From a virus (Duplodnaviria > Caudoviricetes), in the IMG/VR virus record IMGVR_UViG_3300023105_000153, positions 1-26,314 of that record: a stretch of DNA of 26,314 nt; one strand, given 5' to 3'. Within the stretch, counting starts at the first letter, position 1. Every line of letters begins with the position of its first letter. Positions 7,309 to 14,398 of the stretch are shown here, one piece after another. The translations under genes were made by a program, and so were the position numbers. The notes beneath the pieces are model-generated. The model saw only the letters and a program-made list of their open reading frames with translations. It had not been told where the DNA came from and did no database searches.

Positions 7309-8585
7309 GCCGCTATCTCCGTCCATATGTCTGAGCCACTGGGTGTTACCTCTACCCAAGTTGGCGTTTGGTCTGGAATTATGTTACCCCAAACAAGAAC
7401 TGTATTTAGTTGTCCAGTTGCCTCTACGCCTGTTGGGAAGACAGTTGCACCTAGTTCTAGCGATACATCGCCAACCGCCCCGTTAGCCGCAACCCCCGTA
7501 ACAAAGACATAGGTTACAGTTACTACACTAGCCGTACCTAATGCGCTAGTTCCGGCAACGCCTGTAACGCTTATATTAACGTCCGTGGTAACAGATGGTG
7601 TGCCTAAGCCAGCAGTAGCTTCAACTCCCGTGACGTTAGCATTAGCATCACCCGTAACAGTAACATTACCCGCTGTTTCGTTGATTATATCGGTAGAACC
7701 ATTGGTACCGTCAAAATGCAGTAGTGCTGTAGTGTCTCTGTCTACTTCGTACTCTGCAACCGGCTCTGTGAAGGATGTGCCTTCATAACGAGCTACAGAT
7801 GAAAGTCGTACCTCATCAATATACCCGTTAAAATCACCAAAGCCATTTTTACCAATAGCAAAAACGCCATCATCTGAGCGGTTTGCAGTAGAACTTGAAG
7901 CCTCTAGCACACCGTTTATGTAAAGCCTGTGAACATTCCCTTCTCTTTCAACAGAGATCATAGTCCAGACGTTCGCGGAAATTCTGGTACTAGATAAGAA
8001 GAGTGTTGTTGACCCTGCAACAGTACCTTGAACCTGATCTCCGATCAAATACACATTCAGCAGTGAGCTTGTACCTGACTGCCACAAGCCTTTGTAGCCT
8101 GTAACACTTGTCGGACGAATCCACATATCTACTGTGAAATCGCCAGAACTTAGGTCAATGTTTTCGTCAGACGTTACAAAGTCATCTGTGCCATCAAGCA
8201 GTAGTGAAGCTGAACCAAACTTAGCTTGGGCAGTTGAAAGTTGAGCATCACCATCTGCGGTAAATTCAGAACCGTTATTTAGTGTTGAAGCCTCTGCGGA
8301 AACCCCAGTCGGGAATACATTTGCGTTGGCTATAACCGATGGAGTCCCAAGCTCTGCTGTAGCGGCTTGGCCTAGAACATCTATATTGCCGTCAGCATTA
8401 GCAACTACGTTGCCTAACGTTGTAGTGCCCTGAACCCCTGTAAGGCTGACTGAAACGCCAGTGGTTACGGATTCTTCACCAAGAGACGTAGTGAGTTCAA
8501 AGGTGCCGTAGCTACCTTCACCCCACGGGCCAAAACCCCACGGGCCTCGACCCCAACCCTCAAATACGACTCTTACGTCAGCCAT
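7305..8585 (-). CDS. virion structural protein with inserted LamG/concanavalin-A-like domain
   Basis: 426 aa. GWGRGPWG N-terminus; ~21-aa [VL]xG[VQ]x[AG]TxxLG repeats flank a LamG-like block (AKFGSASLLLDG...DFTVDMWIRP...LYINGV...FNGYIDEVRLS). Confidence 0.75.
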   Translation of the reverse strand: MADVRVVFEGWGRGPWGFGPWGEGSYGTFELTTSLGEESVTTGVSVSLTGVQGTTTLGNVVANADGNIDVLGQAATAELGTPSVIANANVFPTGVSAEASTLNNGSEFTADGDAQLSTAQAKFGSASLLLDGTDDFVTSDENIDLSSGDFTVDMWIRPTSVTGYKGLWQSGTSSLLNVYLIGDQVQGTVAGSTTLFLSSTRISANVWTMISVEREGNVHRLYINGVLEASSSTANRSDDGVFAIGKNGFGDFNGYIDEVRLSSVARYEGTSFTEPVAEYEVDRDTTALLHFDGTNGSTDIINETAGNVTVTGDANANVTGVEATAGLGTPSVTTDVNISVTGVAGTSALGTASVVTVTYVFVTGVAANGAVGDVSLELGATVFPTGVEATGQLNTVLVWGNIIPDQTPTWVEVTPSGSDIWTEIAA

Positions 8586-8586
8586 A

Positions 8587-9033
8587 TTAGGCTATCCGTA
8601 TAATTGCGTTAGACGCATCCGCTGTTGGGAACACAATAGTAAAGTCACCGGCAGAGGATGATTTGTCCGAACCAAAATCCAGTACCGCAACAGACTTATC
8701 AGACTGAGTGCTGTTGTAGATCAACGCGCCCCTAGCTGTAATAGTCGATGTAGACCAAGTGGTATCGTTAAAATCAAGATACGCTGTTGTACCAGAGCTA
8801 GTAGGAGCTACCGTAGTTAGTGTGTTACCACCTGCGGTATAGCCTGTTCCAGACGTTTCATTAGTCGTGCTGTACGCGGTTGTAGTTGAGTCTAAAGTAG
8901 CAGAGCTAGTGAACAGGGCAATTTTCATTGTATCCGCTGTTGTACCAGCACGAGCCACTGTGGTTCCAAAGGCGTGAATGCCGTTAAGCAATTCAACCTT
9001 GAAAGAAGTACACATTGCTTGTGTGATTGCCAT
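8587..9033 (-). CDS. conserved phage virion/tail protein
   Basis: 148 aa MAITQAMCTSFKVELL...KIALFT...GYTAGG..L...ARGALIYN...VLDFG.DK; Thr-rich; position in the tail block. Confidence 0.7.
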   Translation of the reverse strand: MAITQAMCTSFKVELLNGIHAFGTTVARAGTTADTMKIALFTSSATLDSTTTAYSTTNETSGTGYTAGGNTLTTVAPTSSGTTAYLDFNDTTWSTSTITARGALIYNSTQSDKSVAVLDFGSDKSSSAGDFTIVFPTADASNAIIRIA

Positions 9034-9043
9034 GATTATTACC

Positions 9044-9340
9044 TCATAGTTTGCTAATAATTCGAGCCAAGTCAGCGTGGCCCTGTTTTGCTAACTCGGC
9101 ACAAATAGTAGTCCTATCTGAGCGAATCGCCTCTTTCATATAGAAAATTATTAATTCTCTTATATGATCCTTAAACACCATAGCTTGAGCCTTGACCATT
9201 GGGTCTGCTGTTTCGCTAATAGAAATCAATTTTTCTATAGCTCGTTCTGCAAGCTCTTCGGGTGTATGACCACGGTTTTTCGTGGCAAAAACTTTTACAT
9301 CTATGGTTTCACTTGTATCTGCGCTAATTCCATTTATCAT
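9044..9340 (-). CDS. hypothetical phage protein
   Basis: 98 aa, operon-packed, V.ATKNRGHTPEELAE motif, helical character. Confidence 0.7.
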   Translation of the reverse strand: MINGISADTSETIDVKVFATKNRGHTPEELAERAIEKLISISETADPMVKAQAMVFKDHIRELIIFYMKEAIRSDRTTICAELAKQGHADLARIISKL

Positions 9341-9342
9341 AA

Positions 9343-9993
9343 CTAAGCTTTATCCCTTATTATTAAGCCCGTTCTATAAGCATCCGTAACTTCTTTAGCT
9401 TCACCAAAGTTCTTCAACGCAATTACCGCTTCGGTAAATCGTTTATCGTAATCTTGCATGATATCGGGCTCACCTTTCATATAAGTGTAAGCTTCAATAA
9501 GCGCACCATACAGCAACGACACCTCCGCATTAGTGCTTAACCATGTAGTGCCGCTATCGGCACCTGCAGTCAAACTAGCGGGTCTGTAAAAATAATGTAA
9601 CTCGACGGCGTAACTACTATCTGGCGTGGGACCAATTATAAAATTATCCACGTCAAATAAAGCGTAATATCTGGGGGACCCTGTCGTTGCCGGATTAGGT
9701 GTAAACTCTTGTATAAAGTTAACATCCTTGTACTCTAAAAAGATTTTATCTGAGCTACCGTCCGTAAAAGACAAAGAAAAAGGAGCTAGATAATCACTTG
9801 GTGCCGCTAAATATTTATTAGAAGCGGTCAGATTTGCTGTGGCATTTTTACGAAACAAGGTTAATTGAACATTTTTCAGAATGCGCTCTTCAGCGTTCCG
9901 TATAAAAATAGGAAGATTGTTTACAAAACTAGTCTCTGTGTTCTGAGTATAGTCTTGGATTGCACTTTTTAGTTCCGCGTATGTAAAACTCAT
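9343..9993 (-). CDS. putative head-tail adaptor / tail protein
   Basis: 216 aa TYAELKSAIQDY...FI..AEERI...G.PRYYA...GPTPD..Y.VELHY...TWLS.NA...LLYGALIEAY.YMKG; synteny downstream of capsid genes. Confidence 0.65.
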   Translation of the reverse strand: MSFTYAELKSAIQDYTQNTETSFVNNLPIFIRNAEERILKNVQLTLFRKNATANLTASNKYLAAPSDYLAPFSLSFTDGSSDKIFLEYKDVNFIQEFTPNPATTGSPRYYALFDVDNFIIGPTPDSSYAVELHYFYRPASLTAGADSGTTWLSTNAEVSLLYGALIEAYTYMKGEPDIMQDYDKRFTEAVIALKNFGEAKEVTDAYRTGLIIRDKA

Positions 9994-10295
9994 GTTGTTG
10001 TCACCGTAACTGTACCAACCTGCGCAAAAGCGGTAACTGGTTTTAATTGTGGGTTTTCTACCAAAGGAACTCCTACATATACATCTATTGGCTCAACCCT
10101 ATCCGGTCTTGGATTAAGCAATGCCTGCGGATCTACAACTTTGCGCCTTGGATTAAGCTGTGGTTGTTTTGGCTCATACTCGTCTTTACCGACTAAAAAC
10201 CCGGTCCATTCCTTTTTCATATCGTTTAAACGATAGCGGAACCCCGACCTATCGGATATACCATATGCAAATTTTCCGGAGGAATATTTAGCCAT
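9990..10295 (-). CDS. conserved phage protein
   Basis: 101 aa, GISDRSGFRY...KEWTG.LV...YEPKQPQL...DPQAL.NPRPD; coupled on both sides. Confidence 0.7.
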   Translation of the reverse strand: MAKYSSGKFAYGISDRSGFRYRLNDMKKEWTGFLVGKDEYEPKQPQLNPRRKVVDPQALLNPRPDRVEPIDVYVGVPLVENPQLKPVTAFAQVGTVTVTTT

Positions 10296-10963
10296 TACAA
10301 ATCTCTAGAATAAGCTAGTGTAGGCACAAGGTTAGTGGACGCTCTGTCCCTATCCTCAGTAATTGCTCTTTCCATTTCTTCTTCGTATAACTGTTTTAGC
10401 AAAACAATTCTGTCAGGAGCTTTCTTGATAGAAATGTAATACGCCAAACCAGCGGCTAAGGCCGGGTAAAACCTAAACGGTAACTCGACTGTGTTAACAG
10501 GAGTGTCCGCATCATCTAACCTAACTAATCTATCAAATACGACTTGATCGGTACTATTATCCGGAGTAGGCCAAACTTTCAATACAGGAGATATTTGCCT
10601 ATCTAGAAAAAACTGTGAAGGTCTACCCTGTGTGCTTTTAGTAGGAATATTTAAATAATCATCCCGACTAAGCCTTTCTAGCCCGTAATCCGTATTACTT
10701 CTGCGTAAAACCAAAGAAAGTATATCAATCGTATCTGCATCCAAAGTATAAGAAGACGTGCCTTGAACCATATTTACGGTAGTTTGCGTAATAGTCCACT
10801 GATTCAAACCCCTGTTTGCCCAATCAGCAAACAGAAGATTCATAGATCTTTTTGCGGTTTTTAGATCATAACCAGTGCGCATTTCTTTGCCGCACCGCTC
10901 AAAAGCTTCTTCTATGTAGTCCGCAACATCTAACTCAAAGTTTTTGGAGCCTGAGACAGCCAT
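10295..10963 (-). CDS. putative head-tail connector/adaptor protein
   Basis: 222 aa IEEAFERCG...RTGYDLKTAKRSMNLLFADWANRGLNQW...QGRPSQF...VWPTPD...PFRFYPALAAGLAYY; shares the G.P...PTPD core pattern with 9343..9993. Confidence 0.65.
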   Translation of the reverse strand: MAVSGSKNFELDVADYIEEAFERCGKEMRTGYDLKTAKRSMNLLFADWANRGLNQWTITQTTVNMVQGTSSYTLDADTIDILSLVLRRSNTDYGLERLSRDDYLNIPTKSTQGRPSQFFLDRQISPVLKVWPTPDNSTDQVVFDRLVRLDDADTPVNTVELPFRFYPALAAGLAYYISIKKAPDRIVLLKQLYEEEMERAITEDRDRASTNLVPTLAYSRDL

Positions 10964-11209
10964 TTACTTACCCTTTTTGACCATGCCACCGCCGCGTAGT
11001 TTAACGCCGCGACCTTTTAATATGTCTTTTTTGGTAACTTTACCGTCACCGGTCAGGTCCGGAAAAGATTTAGACTTGCTTGCCGCACCGCCTTTATTCA
11101 TCTTCTGAACCATGCCACCGCCACGCATCTTCTTAACCGGGGAAGCATTTTTTACTTTTGCTTTTCCAATATTAGAAGAAGCTTGCATCTTTCTAGGACT
11201 CATCGCCAT
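10964..11209 (-). CDS. small basic protein with EF-hand/dockerin-like loop
   Basis: 81 aa, Lys-rich; DLTGDGKVTKKD loop; three [ML]xxGG motifs. Confidence 0.7.
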   Translation of the reverse strand: MAMSPRKMQASSNIGKAKVKNASPVKKMRGGGMVQKMNKGGAASKSKSFPDLTGDGKVTKKDILKGRGVKLRGGGMVKKGK

Positions 11210-11774
11210 TGCTTAGTCTCCTATGTAATTCGTTACGTTTTTCGTAAATCTCAGCGGCATCATAGCTACCAAAATAATTATCGTAATAGCCTAATTTAGC
11301 TATTTTTTGTGCGGCTTCTTGGACCTTAGTTAATCGCTGAATAAATATCATGGCATATTCGGTATCAACTATAGGATCAAAACTGCCGTCATCTATTAGC
11401 TCGTTTGGGTCCTGAAACGGGTGAAAACCCATCAACCATGCGTCTCTGTTAATAAAAAAACCGTTCGCAATGGCTTCATTTAAACCGTCTAAGTATTCAT
11501 GGAAATCATCAGGATTAGGCTGAAAAGCCGTGTCCACAACAATCACCAAATCTACCGCATCATCCCATGTCGATATGACCTGACAGATGTCTTGATAATT
11601 ATCCGGTTCATGCTTAAAAATAACCGAAACCTTATCATCCTTCCATGCTTTTTTTGCATACGGGCATGGAGGCAACCCGTTGAATTCTTTACTCTTTTTC
11701 TCAAGAGCGTATTTTGACCAAGCTTTTATTTCGCTTATTATTTCCTTTTCTTGGCCAACTAAAAACTGGTGCAT
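11193..11774 (-). CDS. hypothetical protein, DUF1415-like
   Basis: 193 aa; PCPYAK near the N-terminus and MGFHP...MIFIQR resemble the CPFA...FHP pattern recalled for DUF1415. Confidence 0.55.
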   Translation of the reverse strand: MHQFLVGQEKEIISEIKAWSKYALEKKSKEFNGLPPCPYAKKAWKDDKVSVIFKHEPDNYQDICQVISTWDDAVDLVIVVDTAFQPNPDDFHEYLDGLNEAIANGFFINRDAWLMGFHPFQDPNELIDDGSFDPIVDTEYAMIFIQRLTKVQEAAQKIAKLGYYDNYFGSYDAAEIYEKRNELHRRLSNGDES

Positions 11775-11776
11775 AC

Positions 11777-12103
11777 CTAAGTATATTGAGTCCGTTTACG
11801 GCGATTAGACAACACTGCGCCACAACCTTTATTTAACTTAGATACCGGCCCACCGTTCGCGGCCCGCATCACCTTTGCGGCTTTAGTATTGGCCACAAAT
11901 TGCTTACCCTTAGAGCCTTCTTTCTTTTTCTTTCTTGCCGTAGAAGCCCGTTGAGACTTACTCAAACTATTGGCTTTGGCTCGTGGCAAACAGCGGTCAG
12001 GGTTCTTCTTGTTCTTCGATGTGCCGCATTCACCTGCAACATTGCCAGAACTGTCTATTCGGACCCAATCTTCGTTTAGCCACTTTTTAAGCTCACCAGC
12101 CAT
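11777..12103 (-). CDS. small basic viral protein (DUF5872-like, C-terminal half)
   Basis: 108 aa LKKWLNEDWV...CG......RCLP..KA..LS..QR..T.RKK...G..GKQFV.N; very basic. Confidence 0.6.
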   Translation of the reverse strand: MAGELKKWLNEDWVRIDSSGNVAGECGTSKNKKNPDRCLPRAKANSLSKSQRASTARKKKKEGSKGKQFVANTKAAKVMRAANGGPVSKLNKGCGAVLSNRRKRTQYT

Positions 12104-12304
12104 TTACTTCTTTTTCCTCTTAGACCCTTTGGCATAATTAGGGTCCTTGCAATACTTAGAAGCGGCTAAATTAGCGTAAGCACTTGGATACTTGTCAAAA
12201 GTTCGTTTAGCCCATGCTTTACCCGCGGCGCAAATCTTATTTGATTTTGCTTCGCCGCCCTTGGCCATCTTTACAACGGTGCCTTGTTTAACTCGAGCTA
12301 CCAT
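12104..12304 (-). CDS. small basic viral protein (PSAY motif; DUF5872-like, N-terminal half)
   Basis: 66 aa KAWAKRTFDKYPSAYANLAASKYCK; MAKGG motif. Confidence 0.6.
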   Translation of the reverse strand: MVARVKQGTVVKMAKGGEAKSNKICAAGKAWAKRTFDKYPSAYANLAASKYCKDPNYAKGSKRKKK

Positions 12305-12582
12305 TTTTTACAACTCCAGTATCTAGCACTAAACTTGTCTTTAGCCGTATCGCAATTGTGCCTAGCTCTGAAACTTTTTCTTCTGGCGGGCTGATCCTTC
12401 TTTATAGTCATGTTCGGATCGCCAAACCGTACTAGCTTAATGTCCTCACCTTTTTTAGCTAATACAGCAAATTTTTTATTTTTGCCCGGAGTTCTTTTAG
12501 GTTTATTAAAACCAGCAAAAGTCTCCCCTCTATATTTAATTTTTCCCGAAGGAGTTCTGGTAACATCTTTGGCAGAGCTCAT
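12298..12582 (-). CDS. small basic conserved viral protein
   Basis: 94 aa KKFAV...LVRFGDPNM.IKK..P.RRKSFRARHNC...K.SARYWSCKKW, a motif recalled from many aquatic viruses; function unknown. Confidence 0.7.
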   Translation of the reverse strand: MSSAKDVTRTPSGKIKYRGETFAGFNKPKRTPGKNKKFAVLAKKGEDIKLVRFGDPNMTIKKDQPARRKSFRARHNCDTAKDKFSARYWSCKKW

Positions 12583-13379
12583 TACAACTCATCCCCATTT
12601 TTTATATAAGTTATATCGATCGTCGCAGAAGCTGTAATTGTGCCGCCCGCAGAATCAGCCTCTGCGCGGACTTCAATATCTGTTTTTTCGGAAAAAGCAA
12701 TTGGGTTCCAATACGGAATACTGGTTGAGTTATTGGCTAAGGTCACCCGGTCCTTAACATTAAATACACCACCGTCAGGTCTTGCCACCAACGTAAAGAT
12801 AGCAAACTTGCCAGCAGAGGAGGAGGCTGAAACATCTTTTTGGTGAAGATACGCAGTGTAACCTCTTGGAACAGTCCAGAGACACATGAGGGTTTGGTTG
12901 TCACCAATGGAAACTGTGGCATATTTATTTGTTGGAACACCGCCCGAAGGCGTTGCTTCTGTACCTACATACAAGACGCCTGCATTAGCTCCGCCAGATC
13001 CGGCAGTGTTTACAACAATACGATTGACGCGATACCAGTTCAAAGCACCGTTTAACTGAACCCCTGTTTGACCGTTTAGCGAAACAGTTTCACTTATTTG
13101 GTCAAAATTTGCGTCTAACCCAGACACAGTGGCCGTTCTAGCTCCTGTCCCCGCAGAGGTGTCCGCGGTGGAACTGCTAGAAATATACATGGTGGAAGCG
13201 GCTGTAGGATAAACATATAAGCCGCCTTGTGACCAAACAGTCTCGTTTGAATTCGCAATACTTGGATTATAGCCAAATTTGTGAACAAACTCGTGATATG
13301 CAATTTGACCACGTGAAACCTGTAACTCAAAAGGTTCCGAAGTTCCTATTCTGGTTATGGACGAGACTTCACGTGACAT
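12582..13379 (-). CDS. probable virion structural protein (beta-rich)
   Basis: 265 aa LQVSRGQI...HKFGYNP...ETVW..GG.Y.YP...SSS.ADT..GTGART..VSGLDANF..ISETV.LNG; Ser/Thr/Gly-rich. Confidence 0.65.
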   Translation of the reverse strand: MSREVSSITRIGTSEPFELQVSRGQIAYHEFVHKFGYNPSIANSNETVWSQGGLYVYPTAASTMYISSSSTADTSAGTGARTATVSGLDANFDQISETVSLNGQTGVQLNGALNWYRVNRIVVNTAGSGGANAGVLYVGTEATPSGGVPTNKYATVSIGDNQTLMCLWTVPRGYTAYLHQKDVSASSSAGKFAIFTLVARPDGGVFNVKDRVTLANNSTSIPYWNPIAFSEKTDIEVRAEADSAGGTITASATIDITYIKNGDEL

Positions 13380-13388
13380 AGTCTTACC

Positions 13389-13664
13389 CTAGCTATAGAA
13401 AATAGTTAATGCCGTTACATTTGTCGCGGCACTTACATAAACATCGTCGGTAAATAACAGACCTTCGTCTGGAATATTTACAGAGTGAGTAGAGGACTGT
13501 ACAAAGTCTAAATCGACTACCGTAGAGCCCCCGTTTCCGTCTGTAAACGTTAATCTACCGGCACCGGCTCCTACAAGAACCTGCACCTGACGTAACCGAG
13601 CACGACCTACTGAGGCCGCGCCCGTTCCTGTCAGACGCTTTGCTTTAACGTCTGAGTTAGCCAT
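13389..13664 (-). CDS. small conserved phage protein (possible capsid accessory)
   Basis: 91 aa; RBS AGGAG upstream; GRARLR...IPDEGLLF...TIFYS. Confidence 0.7.
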   Translation of the reverse strand: MANSDVKAKRLTGTGAASVGRARLRQVQVLVGAGAGRLTFTDGNGGSTVVDLDFVQSSTHSVNIPDEGLLFTDDVYVSAATNVTALTIFYS

Positions 13665-13756
13665 TACTTAGCTCCTGTTTTTTTAGCGGCCTTTTTAGGC
13701 GCAGTTTTTTTCACAGGCTTTTTAGCCCCTGACTTGTTGTTGAGCTTTCCCATCAT
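13664..13756 (-). CDS. 30-aa Lys/Ala-rich histone-H1-like microprotein
   Basis: Below the ORF-track cutoff. MMGKLNNKSGAKKPVKKTAPKKAAKKTGAK*; AGGGGG RBS upstream; its TAA overlaps the next ATG (TAATG) and it fills the gap exactly. Confidence 0.75.
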   Translation of the reverse strand: MMGKLNNKSGAKKPVKKTAPKKAAKKTGAK

Positions 13757-13765
13757 AACCCCCTA

Positions 13766-14245
13766 TTAAACAGCGGCTGAGAACGGTGTAGCTTCTGTGC
13801 CGGTAGCGGCTTGACGAATGACCACAGAAAATTTACCGGAATAAACGTCCTGAAGTTCAATTTGGCCGCCAAGAATACCGCCTGTGGTCGAACCATCAAG
13901 CGTAATCGTGTCAGAAGCCGCCACAGTTTCAAAGATAGAAGCGGTGTTGCCGCCATCGTTTGCAACGATAGCTACACCAGCCATGGTGTCATCAGAGCTT
14001 GCTACCTGAATAATATAATCATTCGAGGTTACAGTGGTTTTTACAAAAAACTTGTAGATATTACCTGTTCCTGTAGCCGCAGGAAGAGTAACAGTAGCCC
14101 CACTAGCAACGTCCAGAAGCATTGTGCGACCAGCGTGGTTAGCAGAAGTGAGAGTTACGTCAGCGTCTACAGTTACGAGAGAGCCGGAACCATTAATGAA
14201 GCCATTAGTGCTTGTTACCGGACCTGAAAAAGTGGTTGAAGCCAT
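13766..14245 (-). CDS. probable capsid decoration/fibre protein
   Basis: Start MASTTFSGPV at 14245 (RBS AAGAGGT), 159 aa; TVTLPAATGTG..YKF, DTITLDGSTTGG, ATPFSAAV. Confidence 0.7.
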   Translation of the reverse strand: MASTTFSGPVTSTNGFINGSGSLVTVDADVTLTSANHAGRTMLLDVASGATVTLPAATGTGNIYKFFVKTTVTSNDYIIQVASSDDTMAGVAIVANDGGNTASIFETVAASDTITLDGSTTGGILGGQIELQDVYSGKFSVVIRQAATGTEATPFSAAV

Positions 14246-14252
14246 TAGAATT

Positions 14253-14333
14253 ACCTCTTGCACAAGGTTTGGTTTCGTAGTCTGTGCAACGTCAGGCGGG
14301 CAAGAACCTGTCTACGAAACTAATTGGTGCCCA
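14253..14333 (-). ncRNA. putative structured cis-regulatory leader RNA (two stems + two pseudoknots)
   Basis: P1 GTTTCGTAG/CTACGAAAC (9 bp); P2 CAGG/CCTG; 5' GGGCA pairs with TGCCC in the P2 loop; internal TTGCACA pairs with TGTGCAA at the RBS edge. Confidence 0.6.
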
Positions 14334-14339
14334 AATTTA

Positions 14340-14368
14340 ACTATACCCCAAAAAAGAAAAGGCGGCAA
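14340..14368 (-). promoter_or_regulatory. sigma70-type promoter overlapping the capsid terminator
   Basis: Minus strand TTGCCG (14368-14363) - 17 nt - TATAGT (14345-14340); predicted start near 14333. Confidence 0.55.
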
Positions 14369-14379
14369 ACGCCGCCTTT
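14350..14379 (-). terminator. intrinsic terminator after major capsid gene
   Basis: Minus strand AAAGGCGGC-GTTT-GCCGCCTTT followed by TCTTTTTT, about 20 nt after the capsid stop. Confidence 0.85.
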
Positions 14380-14398
14380 CCCCATCTCAGATAAGAGA

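Noticed and set aside
7309-7359. Longer starts given by the ORF track (7359; likewise 14263 and 21555)
   Set aside because: Internal ATGs at 7308, 14245 and 21420 have better RBS or stop-start coupling and avoid long overlaps.
14272-14320. Hammerhead ribozyme or tRNA
   Set aside because: CTGACGT does not match CUGANGA, the GAAA lies inside P1, and there is no cloverleaf or T-loop.
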